Counted from the first letter of the stretch, positions 27,473 through 39,890 are shown. The stretch is 64,000 nt of DNA from Octopus bimaculoides (GCF_001194135.2 NC_068984.1:2095068-2159067); one strand, 5' to 3'. The notes: generated by a model from the sequence alone, not told the origin. Program-made: numbers and translations.

Positions 27473-27510
27473 TGACTCAGTCACATGACCGTCACATGAC
27501 CGTCACATGC
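27473..27510. promoter_or_regulatory. AP-1 motif followed by three phased GTCACATG(AC) E-box/M-box motifs
   Basis: TGACTCA 27473-27479, then gtcacatgacc repeated about 2.8 times with an 11-bp period. Confidence 0.22.
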
Positions 27511-27598
27511 AGCCTCTTTATCAAAATCACTTTCGTTACGAATTCATTGAAATCTTATTGATTCATATACGTATGGATAGATATTAGAATGGATGCAG

Positions 27599-27648
<50 letters not shown>

Positions 27649-27657
27649 GATTATACA

Positions 27658-27692
<35 letters not shown>

Positions 27693-27704
27693 NNNNNNNN
27701 NNTC

Positions 27705-27870
27705 ACAAAAAAAAAACAAAAGACGAAGACAGGTGGTGTAGACAACAAACAGATGTATTAGTTTAACGCTCGGGAAGTGAAAAATTCTTTAATGTTTCGA
27801 GCCTAAGCTCTTCCACAGAAAGGAACACAGAAAGAAACAAGGAGAGAAAATAAAGAATGTGTAGTGGCTA
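27705..27870 (-). mobile_element. Short non-autonomous repeat beside a (TA)n tract, with variant hammerhead core at 27787-27823
   Basis: Homologous to 61270-61450. Minus strand: ttt CTGTGGA a gagc-ttag-gctc GAAA cat TA aag. Confidence 0.5.
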
Positions 27871-27873
27871 GCG

Positions 27874-28860
27874 AGGGTGCGTAAGGTATTTGAGGACATA
27901 CTTTTTTGGGTCATTGCGGCATGTTTTGTTAACTCTGAATAATCTTTGTTTCAGAAAAGAATAATGGCAGACCTTCAGCTTCTTCAAGAAATGACGAGGC
28001 ATGGTGTTACTGTGGTTATAAAGGCTGAGCATAGCGATTTAGAAATATCTTGATTATTAAAAGCTTCCAGATCTTTCGCCTACAAAGTTTGTAAGGAGTT
28101 AGAGACTGAAGATGGAAACATATCACCAGTATCAAAGCATAAAAGGCATTCTAAACGCTCTGAGATCATCAGAAAACCTGAATTTATCCAACAAATTCAG
28201 CAGACTATTGATTACAATCCCAGAAAGTCCTTGAGGTCAATTGCAAAAGATCTCCATGTGTCAGAAGGAACAGTCAGAAATGTTGTCCACGAAGACATCA
28301 GATAAAAGTCTTATATGATGAGGAAAAGTCAATTTGTCAGAAAAAGCAAAAGAAAATCACTACATCAAACCTAAAAGGCTCTTAAACAAACTGAAAAATC
28401 CTGCAGAAGAAGATTTGATTTGGTTTTTCTCAAACGAGGAAAACTTCGACCAAAATCAAAAAATTAACAGAAGAAATGACAGATGGTTATGTGCAGACCC
28501 TTCTGAAGTTCCAAGTGTTATACATACAAAATTTCCTGAAACTGTCATAGTTTTAGGGGTTCTCAGCAATGAAGGACATGTGATGCCTCCTTATTTCTTT
28601 CCACGAGGCCTTAGACTTGACCCTGCCGCGTACATTGAAGCCCTGGATAGACAGTGTATGCAATGGAAGGCCCATGTGTTTTAGTAAGACTCTGCACTAT
28701 CACACATATCTCTAGTAACACAGGAATGGATGGCTGAAAATTTTCACGATCACATAACCCCTAACATTTGGTCTCCTAATTCCCCCCAGATCTCTATCCA
28801 TTGGACTATTACATGTGGAGTGTTGTTGAGAGAGAGGTCAATGAACACACCAATAACACC
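27874..28860 (+). mobile_element. Tc1/mariner superfamily maT (DD37D) transposase relic
   Basis: LIWFFSNEENFDQ, VIVLGVLSNEG, DSALSH...WSPNSPDLYPLDYYMW. 37 residues lie between the second and third Asp after correcting one extra C; stops and an internal deletion are present. Confidence 0.82.
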
Positions 28861-29845
28861 NNNNNNNNNNNNNNNNNNNNNNNNNNNNNNNNNNNNNNNN
28901 NNNNNNNNNNNNNNNNNNNNNNNNNNNNNNNNNNNNNNNNNNNNNNNNNNNNNNNNNNNNNNNNNNNNNNNNNNNNNNNNNNNNNNNNNNNNNNNNNNNN
29001 NNNNNNNNNNNNNNNNNNNNNNNNNNNNNNNNNNNNNNNNNNNNNNNNNNNNNNNNNNNNNNNNNNNNNNNNNNNNNNNNNNNNNNNNNNNNNNNNNNNN
29101 NNNNNNNNNNNNNNNNNNNNNNNNNNNNNNNNNNNNNNNNNNNNNNNNNNNNNNNNNNNNNNNNNNNNNNNNNNNNNNNNNNNNNNNNNNNNNNNNNNNN
29201 NNNNNNNNNNNNNNNNNNNNNNNNNNNNNNNNNNNNNNNNNNNNNNNNNNNNNNNNNNNNNNNNNNNNNNNNNNNNNNNNNNNNNNNNNNNNNNNNNNNN
29301 NNNNNNNNNNNNNNNNNNNNNNNNNNNNNNNNNNNNNNNNNNNNNNNNNNNNNNNNNNNNNNNNNNNNNNNNNNNNNNNNNNNNNNNNNNNNNNNNNNNN
29401 NNNNNNNNNNNNNNNNNNNNNNNNNNNNNNNNNNNNNNNNNNNNNNNNNNNNNNNNNNNNNNNNNNNNNNNNNNNNNNNNNNNNNNNNNNNNNNNNNNNN
29501 NNNNNNNNNNNNNNNNNNNNNNNNNNNNNNNNNNNNNNNNNNNNNNNNNNNNNNNNNNNNNNNNNNNNNNNNNNNNNNNNNNNNNNNNNNNNNNNNNNNN
29601 NNNNNNNNNNNNNNNNNNNNNNNNNNNNNNNNNNNNNNNNNNNNNNNNNNNNNNNNNNNNNNNNNNNNNNNNNNNNNNNNNNNNNNNNNNNNNNNNNNNN
29701 NNNNNNNNNNNNNNNNNNNNNNNNNNNNNNNNNNNNNNNNNNNNNNNNNNNNNNNNNNNNNNNNNNNNNNNNNNNNNNNNNNNNNNNNNNNNNNNNNNNN
29801 NNNNNNNNNNNNNNNNNNNNNNNNNNNNNNNNNNNNNNNNNNNNN

Positions 29846-30071
29846 GTTTGCAATAATCGACTATCACGAGAGTTACGTTGCAAAACACCTCGCGATACGT
29901 GAAAATCCACGAAGTAGAAACAATACTGCAGTGTTTTTTTTTTATAATTTGTATAAATTTATTTTATTATAAATGCAAAACAACACCACGGAGGAATCGA
30001 CATAAACTTAAATAATAAACCGCGATAGGTGAACCGCGAAAGGTGAACCGCGAAATGACGAGGGATTCCTA
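29846..30071. mobile_element. Terminal fragment of a pogo/Tigger-like DNA transposon
   Basis: Reverse complement of the end is TA-TAGGAATCCCTCG..TTCGCGGTTCACCTTTCGCGGTTCACCTATCGCGG, resembling Tigger-type TIRs with a TA target site. Confidence 0.5.
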
Positions 30072-30144
30072 TATCACGATACTCCAATGAGGTACAGATC
30101 TGATCGCACACACACACACACACATAGATATTTATATTTATAGG

Positions 30145-30370
30145 CTGTGTGGTAAAAGATTTGCTTCCGAACCACACGGTTCTGTGTTCAGTCCCAGTGT
30201 GGCACCTTGGGAAAGCGCTTTTTACTAGAGCCTCGGGCCGACCAAAGCCTTAAGTGGATTTGGTAGATGTGTGTGCGTGTGTATGTGTGCGCGCCTGTGT
30301 TTGACCCCTACCACCGCTTGACAACCGGTGTTGGTGTGTTTATGTCCTTGTAACTTAGCGGTTCAGTAAA
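30145..30370 (+). mobile_element. tRNA-derived SINE (CR1-tail family) with internal GT microsatellite
   Basis: Head ggctgtgtggtaaaag..gttcagtccc..ggcaccttggg and body gtaacttagcggttc. Confidence 0.62.
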
Positions 30371-30510
30371 AGGTAAAAGATAAATGTGTGTGTATGTGTG
30401 GATATATATATATATAGACATATATAAATGTATGTATGTATGTATGTATGTATGTGTGTATGTATATATATATATGTATATATGTATGTGTGCATATATA
30501 TATATATATG

Positions 30511-30667
<157 letters not shown>

Positions 30668-31150
30668 ATATATATATATATATACACATACGCATAATAT
30701 GTATACGGTATCATTGCTGGTTTAGTTACGTCTTAGCCAAGGAAGACGTCCAGGTGTGTCCATTACAGTTTTCTGTGGAAGCTGGCACGGTCAGATTAGA
30801 TTTCAGTAATACACACACACACACACACACGTATTTAAGTCGAATACAGTTTTCAAGACTAAGCTGTATACACGTGTGTGTGTGTGTGTGCGTTCATATG
30901 TATTTGCATGCATGTGTATGTGTGTTTTTTGTGTGTATGCGTGTATAGAATGACCAGAAGCGGTGGGGAGGGTGGGACGAGGTGGGAGTATCAGTCATAA
31001 AACAAAAACATGAGGAAATGCAGCCGAGAGAAGAACTACGGGGATGAGACGTGTAAGAGAGAGGTGGGGAGGGAGGCACGGAGACAGGGTGGGGGGATGC
31101 CTGTGAATAATTAATAAAGGAATAAGAAAGGAAAGGAAGACATATAAGGA

Positions 31151-31183
<33 letters not shown>

Positions 31184-31365
31184 AGTCGTTGTAGTCAGTA
31201 AAACAAGGAATTAAAATTACTCCAAGAAGCCAAATCCATTGCGGCGAAAAAATTTAAATCTCAGTTGTATAAGTTTGAATTAATCTTCTACCCTAGTATA
31301 TTACCAGTACTGATCTGATCATAACTAGGATTTAAACTATCGGTCTAGCAACCACTCTGTCTAAT

Positions 31366-31415
<50 letters not shown>

Positions 31416-32454
31416 NNNNNNNNNNNNNNNNNNNNNNNNNNNNNNNNNNNNNNNNNNNNNNNNNNNNNNNNNNNNNNNNNNNNNNNNNNNNNNNNNNNNN
31501 NNNNNNNNNNNNNNNNNNNNNNNNNNNNNNNNNNNNNNNNNNNNNNNNNNNNNNNNNNNNNNNNNNNNNNNNNNNNNNNNNNNNNNNNNNNNNNNNNNNN
31601 NNNNNNNNNNNNNNNNNNNNNNNNNNNNNNNNNNNNNNNNNNNNNNNNNNNNNNNNNNNNNNNNNNNNNNNNNNNNNNNNNNNNNNNNNNNNNNNNNNNN
31701 NNNNNNNNNNNNNNNNNNNNNNNNNNNNNNNNNNNNNNNNNNNNNNNNNNNNNNNNNNNNNNNNNNNNNNNNNNNNNNNNNNNNNNNNNNNNNNNNNNNN
31801 NNNNNNNNNNNNNNNNNNNNNNNNNNNNNNNNNNNNNNNNNNNNNNNNNNNNNNNNNNNNNNNNNNNNNNNNNNNNNNNNNNNNNNNNNNNNNNNNNNNN
31901 NNNNNNNNNNNNNNNNNNNNNNNNNNNNNNNNNNNNNNNNNNNNNNNNNNNNNNNNNNNNNNNNNNNNNNNNNNNNNNNNNNNNNNNNNNNNNNNNNNNN
32001 NNNNNNNNNNNNNNNNNNNNNNNNNNNNNNNNNNNNNNNNNNNNNNNNNNNNNNNNNNNNNNNNNNNNNNNNNNNNNNNNNNNNNNNNNNNNNNNNNNNN
32101 NNNNNNNNNNNNNNNNNNNNNNNNNNNNNNNNNNNNNNNNNNNNNNNNNNNNNNNNNNNNNNNNNNNNNNNNNNNNNNNNNNNNNNNNNNNNNNNNNNNN
32201 NNNNNNNNNNNNNNNNNNNNNNNNNNNNNNNNNNNNNNNNNNNNNNNNNNNNNNNNNNNNNNNNNNNNNNNNNNGTATAATCATTCTTTTTGGCTAGGGT
32301 TTAAAATTTCGCCAGGCAGCTTATTTAACCAGTGAAAACGAATTTTGTTATGAATTTTATTCTACTTTCAGCATTGTGACCTTATTGGTAAATATTCTTC
32401 CTTTAGAATTAGAATATTAATTCAATTCTTTCAGTCCGTTTATCTATCTATCTA

Positions 32455-32675
32455 GATCTTATTTCTTTATTGCCCACAAGGGGCCAAACATAGAGGGGAC
32501 AAACAAGAACAGACAAAGGGACTAAGTCAATTACATCGACCCCAGTGCGTAACTGATACTTAAAATGAAAGGGTAAGTCGACCTCGGCGGAATTTGAACT
32601 CAGGACGTAACGGCAGACGAAATACCGCCAAGCATTTCGCCCGGCGTGCTACCGCTTCTGCCTGCTCTCCGCCTT
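32455..32675 (-). mobile_element. tRNA-derived SINE, near full length
   Basis: gtcgacctcggcggaatttgaactcaggacgtaacggcagacgaaataccgccaagcatttcgcccggcg; same family as the 11.7-12.5 kb stack. Confidence 0.75.
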
Positions 32676-32779
32676 ATCTGTCTATCTGTCTATCTGTCTA
32701 TCTGTATCTACCTATCTAACTATATCTATCTCTTTATAATTCTATGTGTATGTTTTAGAGTGTCTTTCAGTGTGTGAGT

Positions 32780-32915
<136 letters not shown>

Positions 32916-34009
32916 GTTATGCCACAGACCGTCGAGTGAGAGCATTCATTAGCATCCATCGAAGACACGAGTTCAATCCCGATGCAGGCTAATTTGACGT
33001 TCATCTCTACCGAGGTCAACATAATACAGTACCATTGAGGTATTGATTTCAATACACTCGCCCCTGCCCCGCCCACTTTATCCATTTCTAGCCATATGCC
33101 TCGATTAAAAATCAATATTGCAATTTTTATTTGATTCTTTCCCCATTTTGTATCCTTTTCTTTCTTCAAAGACATTCGATGCAAAAAGAAATAAAATATT
33201 TTACTCTTTTACAAACGCAAATGTTTTCTTTTCTTTACCATTTTAGTTTCTTTCCAGGCTTCTTTCAGTCTTTATTGTTTAACCATTAATCGTCCCACTG
33301 CGTCCTCCTCTTCCCCTCTTCCCCTCTTCCCCCCTACCACCTCAGCTCAAACAATTAACGCCCCACCCCACCCACATACCTACCTTTCTATCTATTTACT
33401 TACCTCTTGATCTGCTTCGCAAACTATTCATATATATATTATTTATATTATATCATTTATATTATATTATATCATTTATATTATATTATATTATTTATAT
33501 TATATTATTTGTATTATATATATATATATNNNNNNNNNNNNNNNNNNNNNNNNNNNNNNNNNNNNNNNNNNNNNNNNNNNNNNNNNNNNNNNNNNNNNNN
33601 NNNNNNNNNNNNNNNNNNNNNNNNNNNNNNNNNNNNNNNNNNNNNNNNNNNNNNNNNNNNNNNNNNNNNNNNNNNNNNNNNNNNNNNNNNNNNNNNNNNN
33701 NNNNNNNNNNNNNNNNNNNNNNNNNNNNNNNNNNNNNNNNNNNNNNNNNNNNNNNNNNNNNNNNNNNNNNNNNNNNNNNNNNNNNNNNNNNNNNNNNNNN
33801 NNNNNNNNNNNNNNNNNNNNNNNNNNNNNNNNNNNNNNNNNNNNNNNNNNNNNNNNNNNNNNNNNNNNNNNNNNNNNNNNNNNNNNNNNNNNNNNNNNNN
33901 NNNNNNNNNNNNNNNNNNNNNNNNNNNNNNNNNNNNNNNNNNNNNNNNNNNNNNNNNNNNNNNNNNNNNNNNNNNNNNNNNNNNNNNNNGTGTGTGTGTG
34001 TGCCTATGT

Positions 34010-34200
34010 TTGTCCCCCATCACCGTTTGGTGTGTTTACGTGCCCGTAACTGAGCGGTTCGGCAAAAGACAACGATAAGATACGTACCAGGCTTAACAAA
34101 AGAATAAGTACTGAGGTTGATTCATTCGACTAGAAAAAATATTCGAAGGCGGTGCCCCAGCATGGCCGCAGTCTAATGACTTAAACGAGTAAAAGATACA
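34010..34200 (+). mobile_element. 3' half of a SINE ending in a CR1-like tail
   Basis: Ends ggtgccccagcatggccgcagtctaatgacttaaac, similar to the LINE tail at about 62300-62345. Confidence 0.62.
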
Positions 34201-34331
34201 TATATAGCAACAACAGCCTAAGATCGAATCATAGGAAAGGTAAACGAGAAGATATTGGTGAACGTCAGAATGCCGAGTTCCCCTCAATAATATCAACACC
34301 TGGGGACACTTATAGACATACAAACACCAGC

Positions 34332-34600
34332 AAGCCCAAGAAACGCCAGATATCTAGGTATACCCTTCCCTTCACTAACAACGCTAAAACCAATATTCTG
34401 AGGGTCTTTTATAATCTATGAAAAATAAAATCCCCCCCCCCTTCTCATCATAAATACGATGAAATAATTAATAGGAAAACCTTTAAAGTATCCTACGACA
34501 CGAACCCGAATTTAGAAGCTATCATAGCTGCATTTAACAGCTACAAATTAAAATCTTCATAATCTTAAATCCACATCCCTCCCTCGTGGGCCAACACGGG
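34332..34600 (+). mobile_element. Penelope-like element, RT-to-endonuclease linker region
   Basis: One frame reads KPKKRQISRYTLPFTNNAKTNILRVFYNL*..HHKYDEIINRKTFKVSYDTNPNLEAIIAAFN, resembling the PLE consensus I recall (IIWFNPPFSKNVKTNIG..HKLHKIFNRNTIKISYSCMPN). Confidence 0.72.
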
Positions 34601-35105
34601 AAAATTAAACCCCAAATTTTCAAATTTTTGTACTACAGGTCACATTGAAATGGAAGCTAAGACTGACCCTTTCACAGTCGGGGGTAAGTCCCCGGTACAG
34701 CTGATTCTGATACTACCACAAACCCAAAATTGAGGAAAATACTCAATTTACAAATATTCGTTACGCTTACAAAGCAGGCGAATAGAATTTTGAAGGTCTT
34801 GCAGAAGCAGGGTTCGCAAAATCTCTCATTATCATTCGAGGGCTGAGCTTTGACTAATTTCGAAGTGAATGTCTTGGGATTGAGCTCATAAAAATGTTCA
34901 GTTAAGAAAGTATTAGATTTTAGGTTATATGACGAAAAGGATGTCTATGGGTTGAAGTCCCTAGCTTCACCGGTTGGTGGTGGCTCCAGTGTAATATTTT
35001 GGAGTAGAGCTGGGAGCTACCACACACTCATACACCATATTTGTTTGAATACAGATTCCATTCGAGAGACACTTTTCCCTAGGTTCGTAATTACACCCGT
35101 GTTCT
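34601..35105 (-). mobile_element. Penelope-like GIY-YIG endonuclease region, inverted relative to the linker
   Basis: CNYEPREKCLSNGICIQTNMVYECVV..KYYTGATT, HRHPFRH, TFLTEHFYEL..KAQPSNDNERFCEPC; frameshifts present. Confidence 0.72.
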
Positions 35106-35139
35106 GGCGGGTGGGTTGTATACTAAAGTTGGGGAGAGA

Positions 35140-35455
35140 GCACGCAGCAAAATGATTGGCAGCATTTCGTCCGTCTTTACGTTTTGAGACGTCGACTTTG
35201 CTTATCATTCTTTCGGAGGTCGATAAATTAAGTACCAGTGAAGCACCGGGGTCGATGTAACCGACTTGTCCCCTACCCTTAAATTTCCGTAGTGTAAGTA
35301 ATAGTATTAATAATCATTTCTACTGGAGACACATCGCGAAAGGATGAAAGGCAAAGTCGACCTCGGCAGAATTTGAACTCAGAACGTAGCGATGGGCGAA
35401 ATACCGCCAAGCATTTCGTCCAGCGCGCTAACCACTCCGCCAGCTCGACTCCTTA
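35140..35455. mobile_element. Tail-to-tail inverted pair of the same SINE family
   Basis: Plus copy gcatttcgtccgtctttacgttttgag..; minus copy ggcaaagtcgacctcggcagaatttgaactcagaacgtagcg.. Confidence 0.72.
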
Positions 35456-35539
35456 GTAATAATACTAATAACGATAAGGAGACGGAGAGGTTTCGCATCT
35501 ATAATTTTATTTAACAGTTATTTACAGCAGTCTTTATTG

Positions 35540-35623
35540 GACCTACACGTGTTTCGATTGCAGCGATTGCACACTGTTGGATATGCAATCTAGCACCATG
35601 GCCGGTGCAGTTCCATCAGGGTC
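35540..35623 (-). ncRNA. Decayed PLE-type hammerhead-like motif
   Basis: gacc CTGATGG ... GAAA cacgtg TA ggtc caataaa. Perfect palindrome ACACGTGT, 4-bp helix I, A9 to G change, irregular helix II. Confidence 0.5.
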
Positions 35624-35689
35624 AGCAGAGGGTGAGGACCCTGACAGACCTGCACCGGCCATGATGCTAGATTGCATATCCAACAGTGT
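35571..35689. repeat. 53-bp inverted repeat with a 13-nt loop
   Basis: 35571-35623 pairs with 35637-35689 without bulges; 49 of 53 positions are Watson-Crick. Confidence 0.95.
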
Positions 35690-36200
35690 CCTGTCGTAGC
35701 AGATTCGTTATGTAGTGACCAGTCCAACCACTGATGTTGTCGAACCAGGCTTTTCTCCGTCTACTTCTCTTTTACTTTCCCTCAACTGGGCCCTGAAGAA
35801 AGGTTTTGAACAGCGAGGTGTGACGGGATGCATGACCGTACCAGGAAAAGCCTTTGTCTTTTGTACCAGCACAAGGTGTAGCTTCCTCCCAGCCAGCGTA
35901 TTTGTCGACTTGCTGCCTGGCAAAGCTGTTCGTTTTGTGCTCTGAAGCAGTTGCGCTCAAATGCCTGGATACTTCGCTCCATGTCAGCGCTAAAAGTTCA
36001 GCTCTCACACCCATACAGAAGGGTCGAAGTCACCAGGGACTTGTACACTTTGTAACTTGTTGGAAAACTACTGGGATTGCTTTTTCATATGATGTTCTGG
36101 TTCGTCATGACAGCAGAGGCAAAACTGAGTGTTCCTGGAGCGAGGAGACATCCTTGTCGAACATCCACTGTTGTCCTGAAGAATTCTATGACGTTTTTGT
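35690..36200 (-). mobile_element. RTE-clade LINE RT/C-terminal fragment, internally deleted
   Basis: FFRTTVDVRQGCLLAP, then YKSLVTSTLLYGCES*..IQAFERNCFR, SWYGHASRHTSLFKTFLQGPVEG, DNISGWTG. Confidence 0.78.
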
Positions 36201-37052
36201 CTTGGGGTAAATTTAATATCTTAGTTTCCAGCCACAGCGTCCTTAAGGATGGACGGGTACGCTAGTTCTCACCAGACTCTCACTTTTGGCTCTGAGACCG
36301 GTAACTACTTCTGCTGGCAGGCTAAGCTTTGTGAAGGACTGAATGCTTGGAGAGGAAATGGGCACCACCAGGTATTTCTAAGGCCCAGTGAAATGCCATA
36401 ATAGACACACGAAGAAGAGTTAGCATGCTGGATCGGTCGAGGCCTGAAAAGCGACCGTGCCCTCCACTGCTATTTCCCCGGGTGGAGGCAATCAATGTGC
36501 CACCGCGATAACAACAACAACAATACATACACATGTGCATGCTGAAATACATACATGCATAATACATATACACAAACATACATGCGTTTATAGTTACATA
36601 GACGCACATATATATAGACGCATGTGTACATATGAGCAAAGATGCACCTTACAAACACATAGACACATACACATATAAATATACGTATATATGTACGTAT
36701 GCATGTGTATGTGTGTATGTATGTCCATAAACATACACTCATGTGTGTGTGCATGTGTTTGTGTGTGTGTGTATGTGTGTGTGAGTGTGTGTGAGTGTGT
36801 GTGTGTGTGAGTGTGTAAGTGTGTGTGTGTGTGCGTGTTTGTTTTAGTGGATGTAGAGAAAGAGAAAGGAAAAGGAGAGGCAAATGGATGCGGTTTAGAG
36901 TCGAGTTTGTAATAGGAAAGACGTCAGCTTGAAGTGTGTGAGCTGAGAAGAGGGAAAGGGGGAGAAGGTATACATGAGAGAGGGAGGAGGAGGAGGTGGA
37001 GGAGGAGGAGGAGGCATACAGAGAAAGCGAGAGAGAGGAAGTGGGAGAGCGA

Positions 37053-37091
<39 letters not shown>

Positions 37092-37657
37092 TTATTCGAA
37101 AGCAGCTTTTCTCTGTTGCGAGAATGTGGATTTGTGAGGCGGATCCGATGGGTGGAGCAATGCCTCAATTACGCCATTCGGCAACGTATATTGAAGAATG
37201 GAAACAGCCCCGAACTAAAGTCAACTGAAATTAGTTGTCAATAATTGCTGTTTCAACGCAAAATCGGACGACAAACATTATGGGGGGGGGGGGATATAAG
37301 GAATATAACGAAATCTACGGAAACAACAACAAAACCACATTTCAATGTTGTTGTTGTTGTTGTTGTTATTTAACTTATTGCTAATCCGTTTCTTTTATCT
37401 TCTTTTCTTCCTACCTTCTTTTCAGCCATCTTTTCTTTTTCTAATATTGTTTCTTTCCTCCTTCTTTCCTTCCTCTCACCCTACCTCCCTTTCTTCCTTT
37501 CTTTCATTTTTCTTTCTTTCTTTCTTTCTTCTTTTCTTTCTTTCTTTCTTTCTATTTATTTATTTATCTATTCCTATTTTCTTACAATTTCTTTCCGCTG
37601 TCTTTTCACTCCACATCTCTTTTTCAATTATATTTCTCCATTCCCTCGCTGCCTTCC

Positions 37658-37707
<50 letters not shown>

Positions 37708-38018
37708 NNNNNNNNNNNNNNNNNNNNNNNNNNNNNNNNNNNNNNNNNNNNNNNNNNNNNNNNNNNNNNNNNNNNNNNNNNNNNNNNNNNNNNNNNNNNN
37801 NNNNNNNNNNNNNNNNNNNNNNNNNNNNNNNNNNNNNNNNNNNNNNNNNNNNCCTGGAGTCGAAGCGCGGACTCTATTGGGATGATGCTCTTCGGATCAC
37901 CTCTCGATGTTCCAGTCTGGGCTGGAGACGCTTGGAAAACGTTTTCACGCTGCTTCTTTCCGGAACAAGAACCTCTCCTAATCTTTTGAGATGTGCAGTG
38001 GCCTTCTGGATTCTAGTC

Positions 38019-38444
38019 GGGCATATGGCGTAGTGGTTAAGAGCGTGGGCTACTAACTCCAAGATTCCGAGTTCCATTCCAGGCAGAGACCTGAATAATA
38101 ATAATAATAATAATAGTTTATATAAAGGACTGAAGTAACTCAGCAGAAGTGTCATAGATAGAGAGAAGAGTTCTTTACTTTTGTATACGATTGACATAAT
38201 CCATCACCAAGGTAAACATAGCTGACGTAATCCATCACCACGGCCAACTTAATGACAGAAAGCGCAACTCGAAAGTAACTTATTTATTTTCGCTTTGAAC
38301 AACACTATTTCGGCATCTCGTGTTCCTTCAACAGGTTCAAAATAAATGGTGACGGATTTCGTCAGCTATGTTTACCTTAGTGATGGATTGTGTCAATCGT
38401 ATACAAAAGTAAAGAACTCTTCTCTCTATCTAATAATAATAATA

Positions 38445-38482
<38 letters not shown>

Positions 38483-38650
38483 TAATAACAACAACAACAA
38501 CATCGAAAAATACCTTAGGAATGAGAACTCATGTTCGAAATTTCCCCAAAACACCAGATGAAGTCTGGAGGGTATATCAGCTGAAATGTTGTTAACAACA
38601 AACAAGATGAGGACAAATATCCGTCAAATGTAAATAATGTAAATAATGTA
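38019..38650 (+). mobile_element. SINE family A copy interrupted in its AAT linker
   Basis: tRNA head 38019-38093, AAT run, insert, AAT run, body 38501-38650 with a mutated hammerhead core (ccagatga..ctgaaatgtt). Confidence 0.8.
38155..38432. mobile_element. Foldback MITE-like element with 86-bp terminal inverted repeats
   Basis: 38155-38240 versus 38347-38432, 4 mismatches by eye, TA at both outer ends, 106-bp spacer, no ORF. Confidence 0.85.
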
Positions 38651-38799
38651 AGTAATGTACTGATATAGATGTTGATGGTTTATAGTTTCAACGTCAGAGG
38701 ATTTCAATTTATATTAACATCATACGAAGACGTGACTGGAACAGTGTGTTCAGCTGTGAAAGAAACTCAGCGATTGTCTCGTCTTGTTAAAACTTCCGA

Positions 38800-39890
38800 T
38801 GAATAACATTTTACATTATTTACATTTGACGGATATTTGTCCTCATCTTGTTTGTTGTTATACTCTCCAGCCTTCATCAGGTGTCTTGGGGAAATTTCGA
38901 ACTTGGGTTCTCATTCCTAAGGTATTTTTCGATGTTGTTATTAGGTTGTCAAGAACGTTCCTGCGGAATTTTTAATTTTGGTTTTAAATGATGTATTTTC
39001 AAATTAATTTTCGTTAAATTACTTTGACTTTATATATTATTTTAAAGCCTGTTTTTCGCTCTGTCTAATTGTGTTACTTTTTTCTTTTTGAATAATTAGG
39101 CCATTTTTTCCGGGACGTTGAATACAACTTGGACAAAAAGCAAATTCGCACAATTTTCTTATTCCAGTTCAAGCTAGGCGGAAAAGCTGCTGAAACAGTT
39201 CGCGATATCAACGATGCGTTTGGCCCAGGAACCACTAATGAACGTACAGCACAATGGTGGTTCAAGAAATTTCGTAGCGGTGACGAGAGTCTTGAAGATG
39301 ATAAGCGTAGTGGTCGGCCATCGGATGTTGACAACGATCAACTAAGAGCCTTAGTCGAAGCTAATCCACGCACATCTGTTCGAGAGCTTGCTTCTGAATT
39401 AGACATAACGTATGCGACAATATCCAACCACTTGAAAGAGATTGGAAAAACAAAAATACTCGAGAAATTGGTGCTGCACGAATTGAACGACAACCAAAAA
39501 AAACGCCGTTTTGAAGTGTCGTCTTCCCTTCTTTTACGCAACAAGAATGACCCGTTTCTCGACCGGATTGTGACTTGCAATGAAAAGTGGATTCTTTACG
39601 ACAACCGGCGACGCTCAGCTCAGTGGTTGGACGCCAACGAATCTCCACGGTACTTCCCGAAGCAAAAGTTGCACCAAAAGAAGGTCATGGTGACTGTTTG
39701 GTGATTTTAAATCACTTTCAGTCATCCACAGCCATCTTTTTTCTCTGTCTGTCTTATCTTCAACATCCCGATGAAGTTGACCATGCATTCTTTTTCAGTT
39801 TCATTTGTTTTCAATTTCTTGTATAGTGCTTTATCTTTGCAATCTTATAATAGGTTGTAAATAATATAAATAAAAACTTTCTTGGCAACG

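Noticed and set aside
30965-30986. Canonical G-quadruplex pattern
   Set aside because: An isolated motif in purine-rich low-complexity sequence with no supporting context.
33398-33424. Consensus donor GAG|GTAAGT on the minus strand
   Set aside because: No credible acceptor; upstream is AT repeat and a gap.
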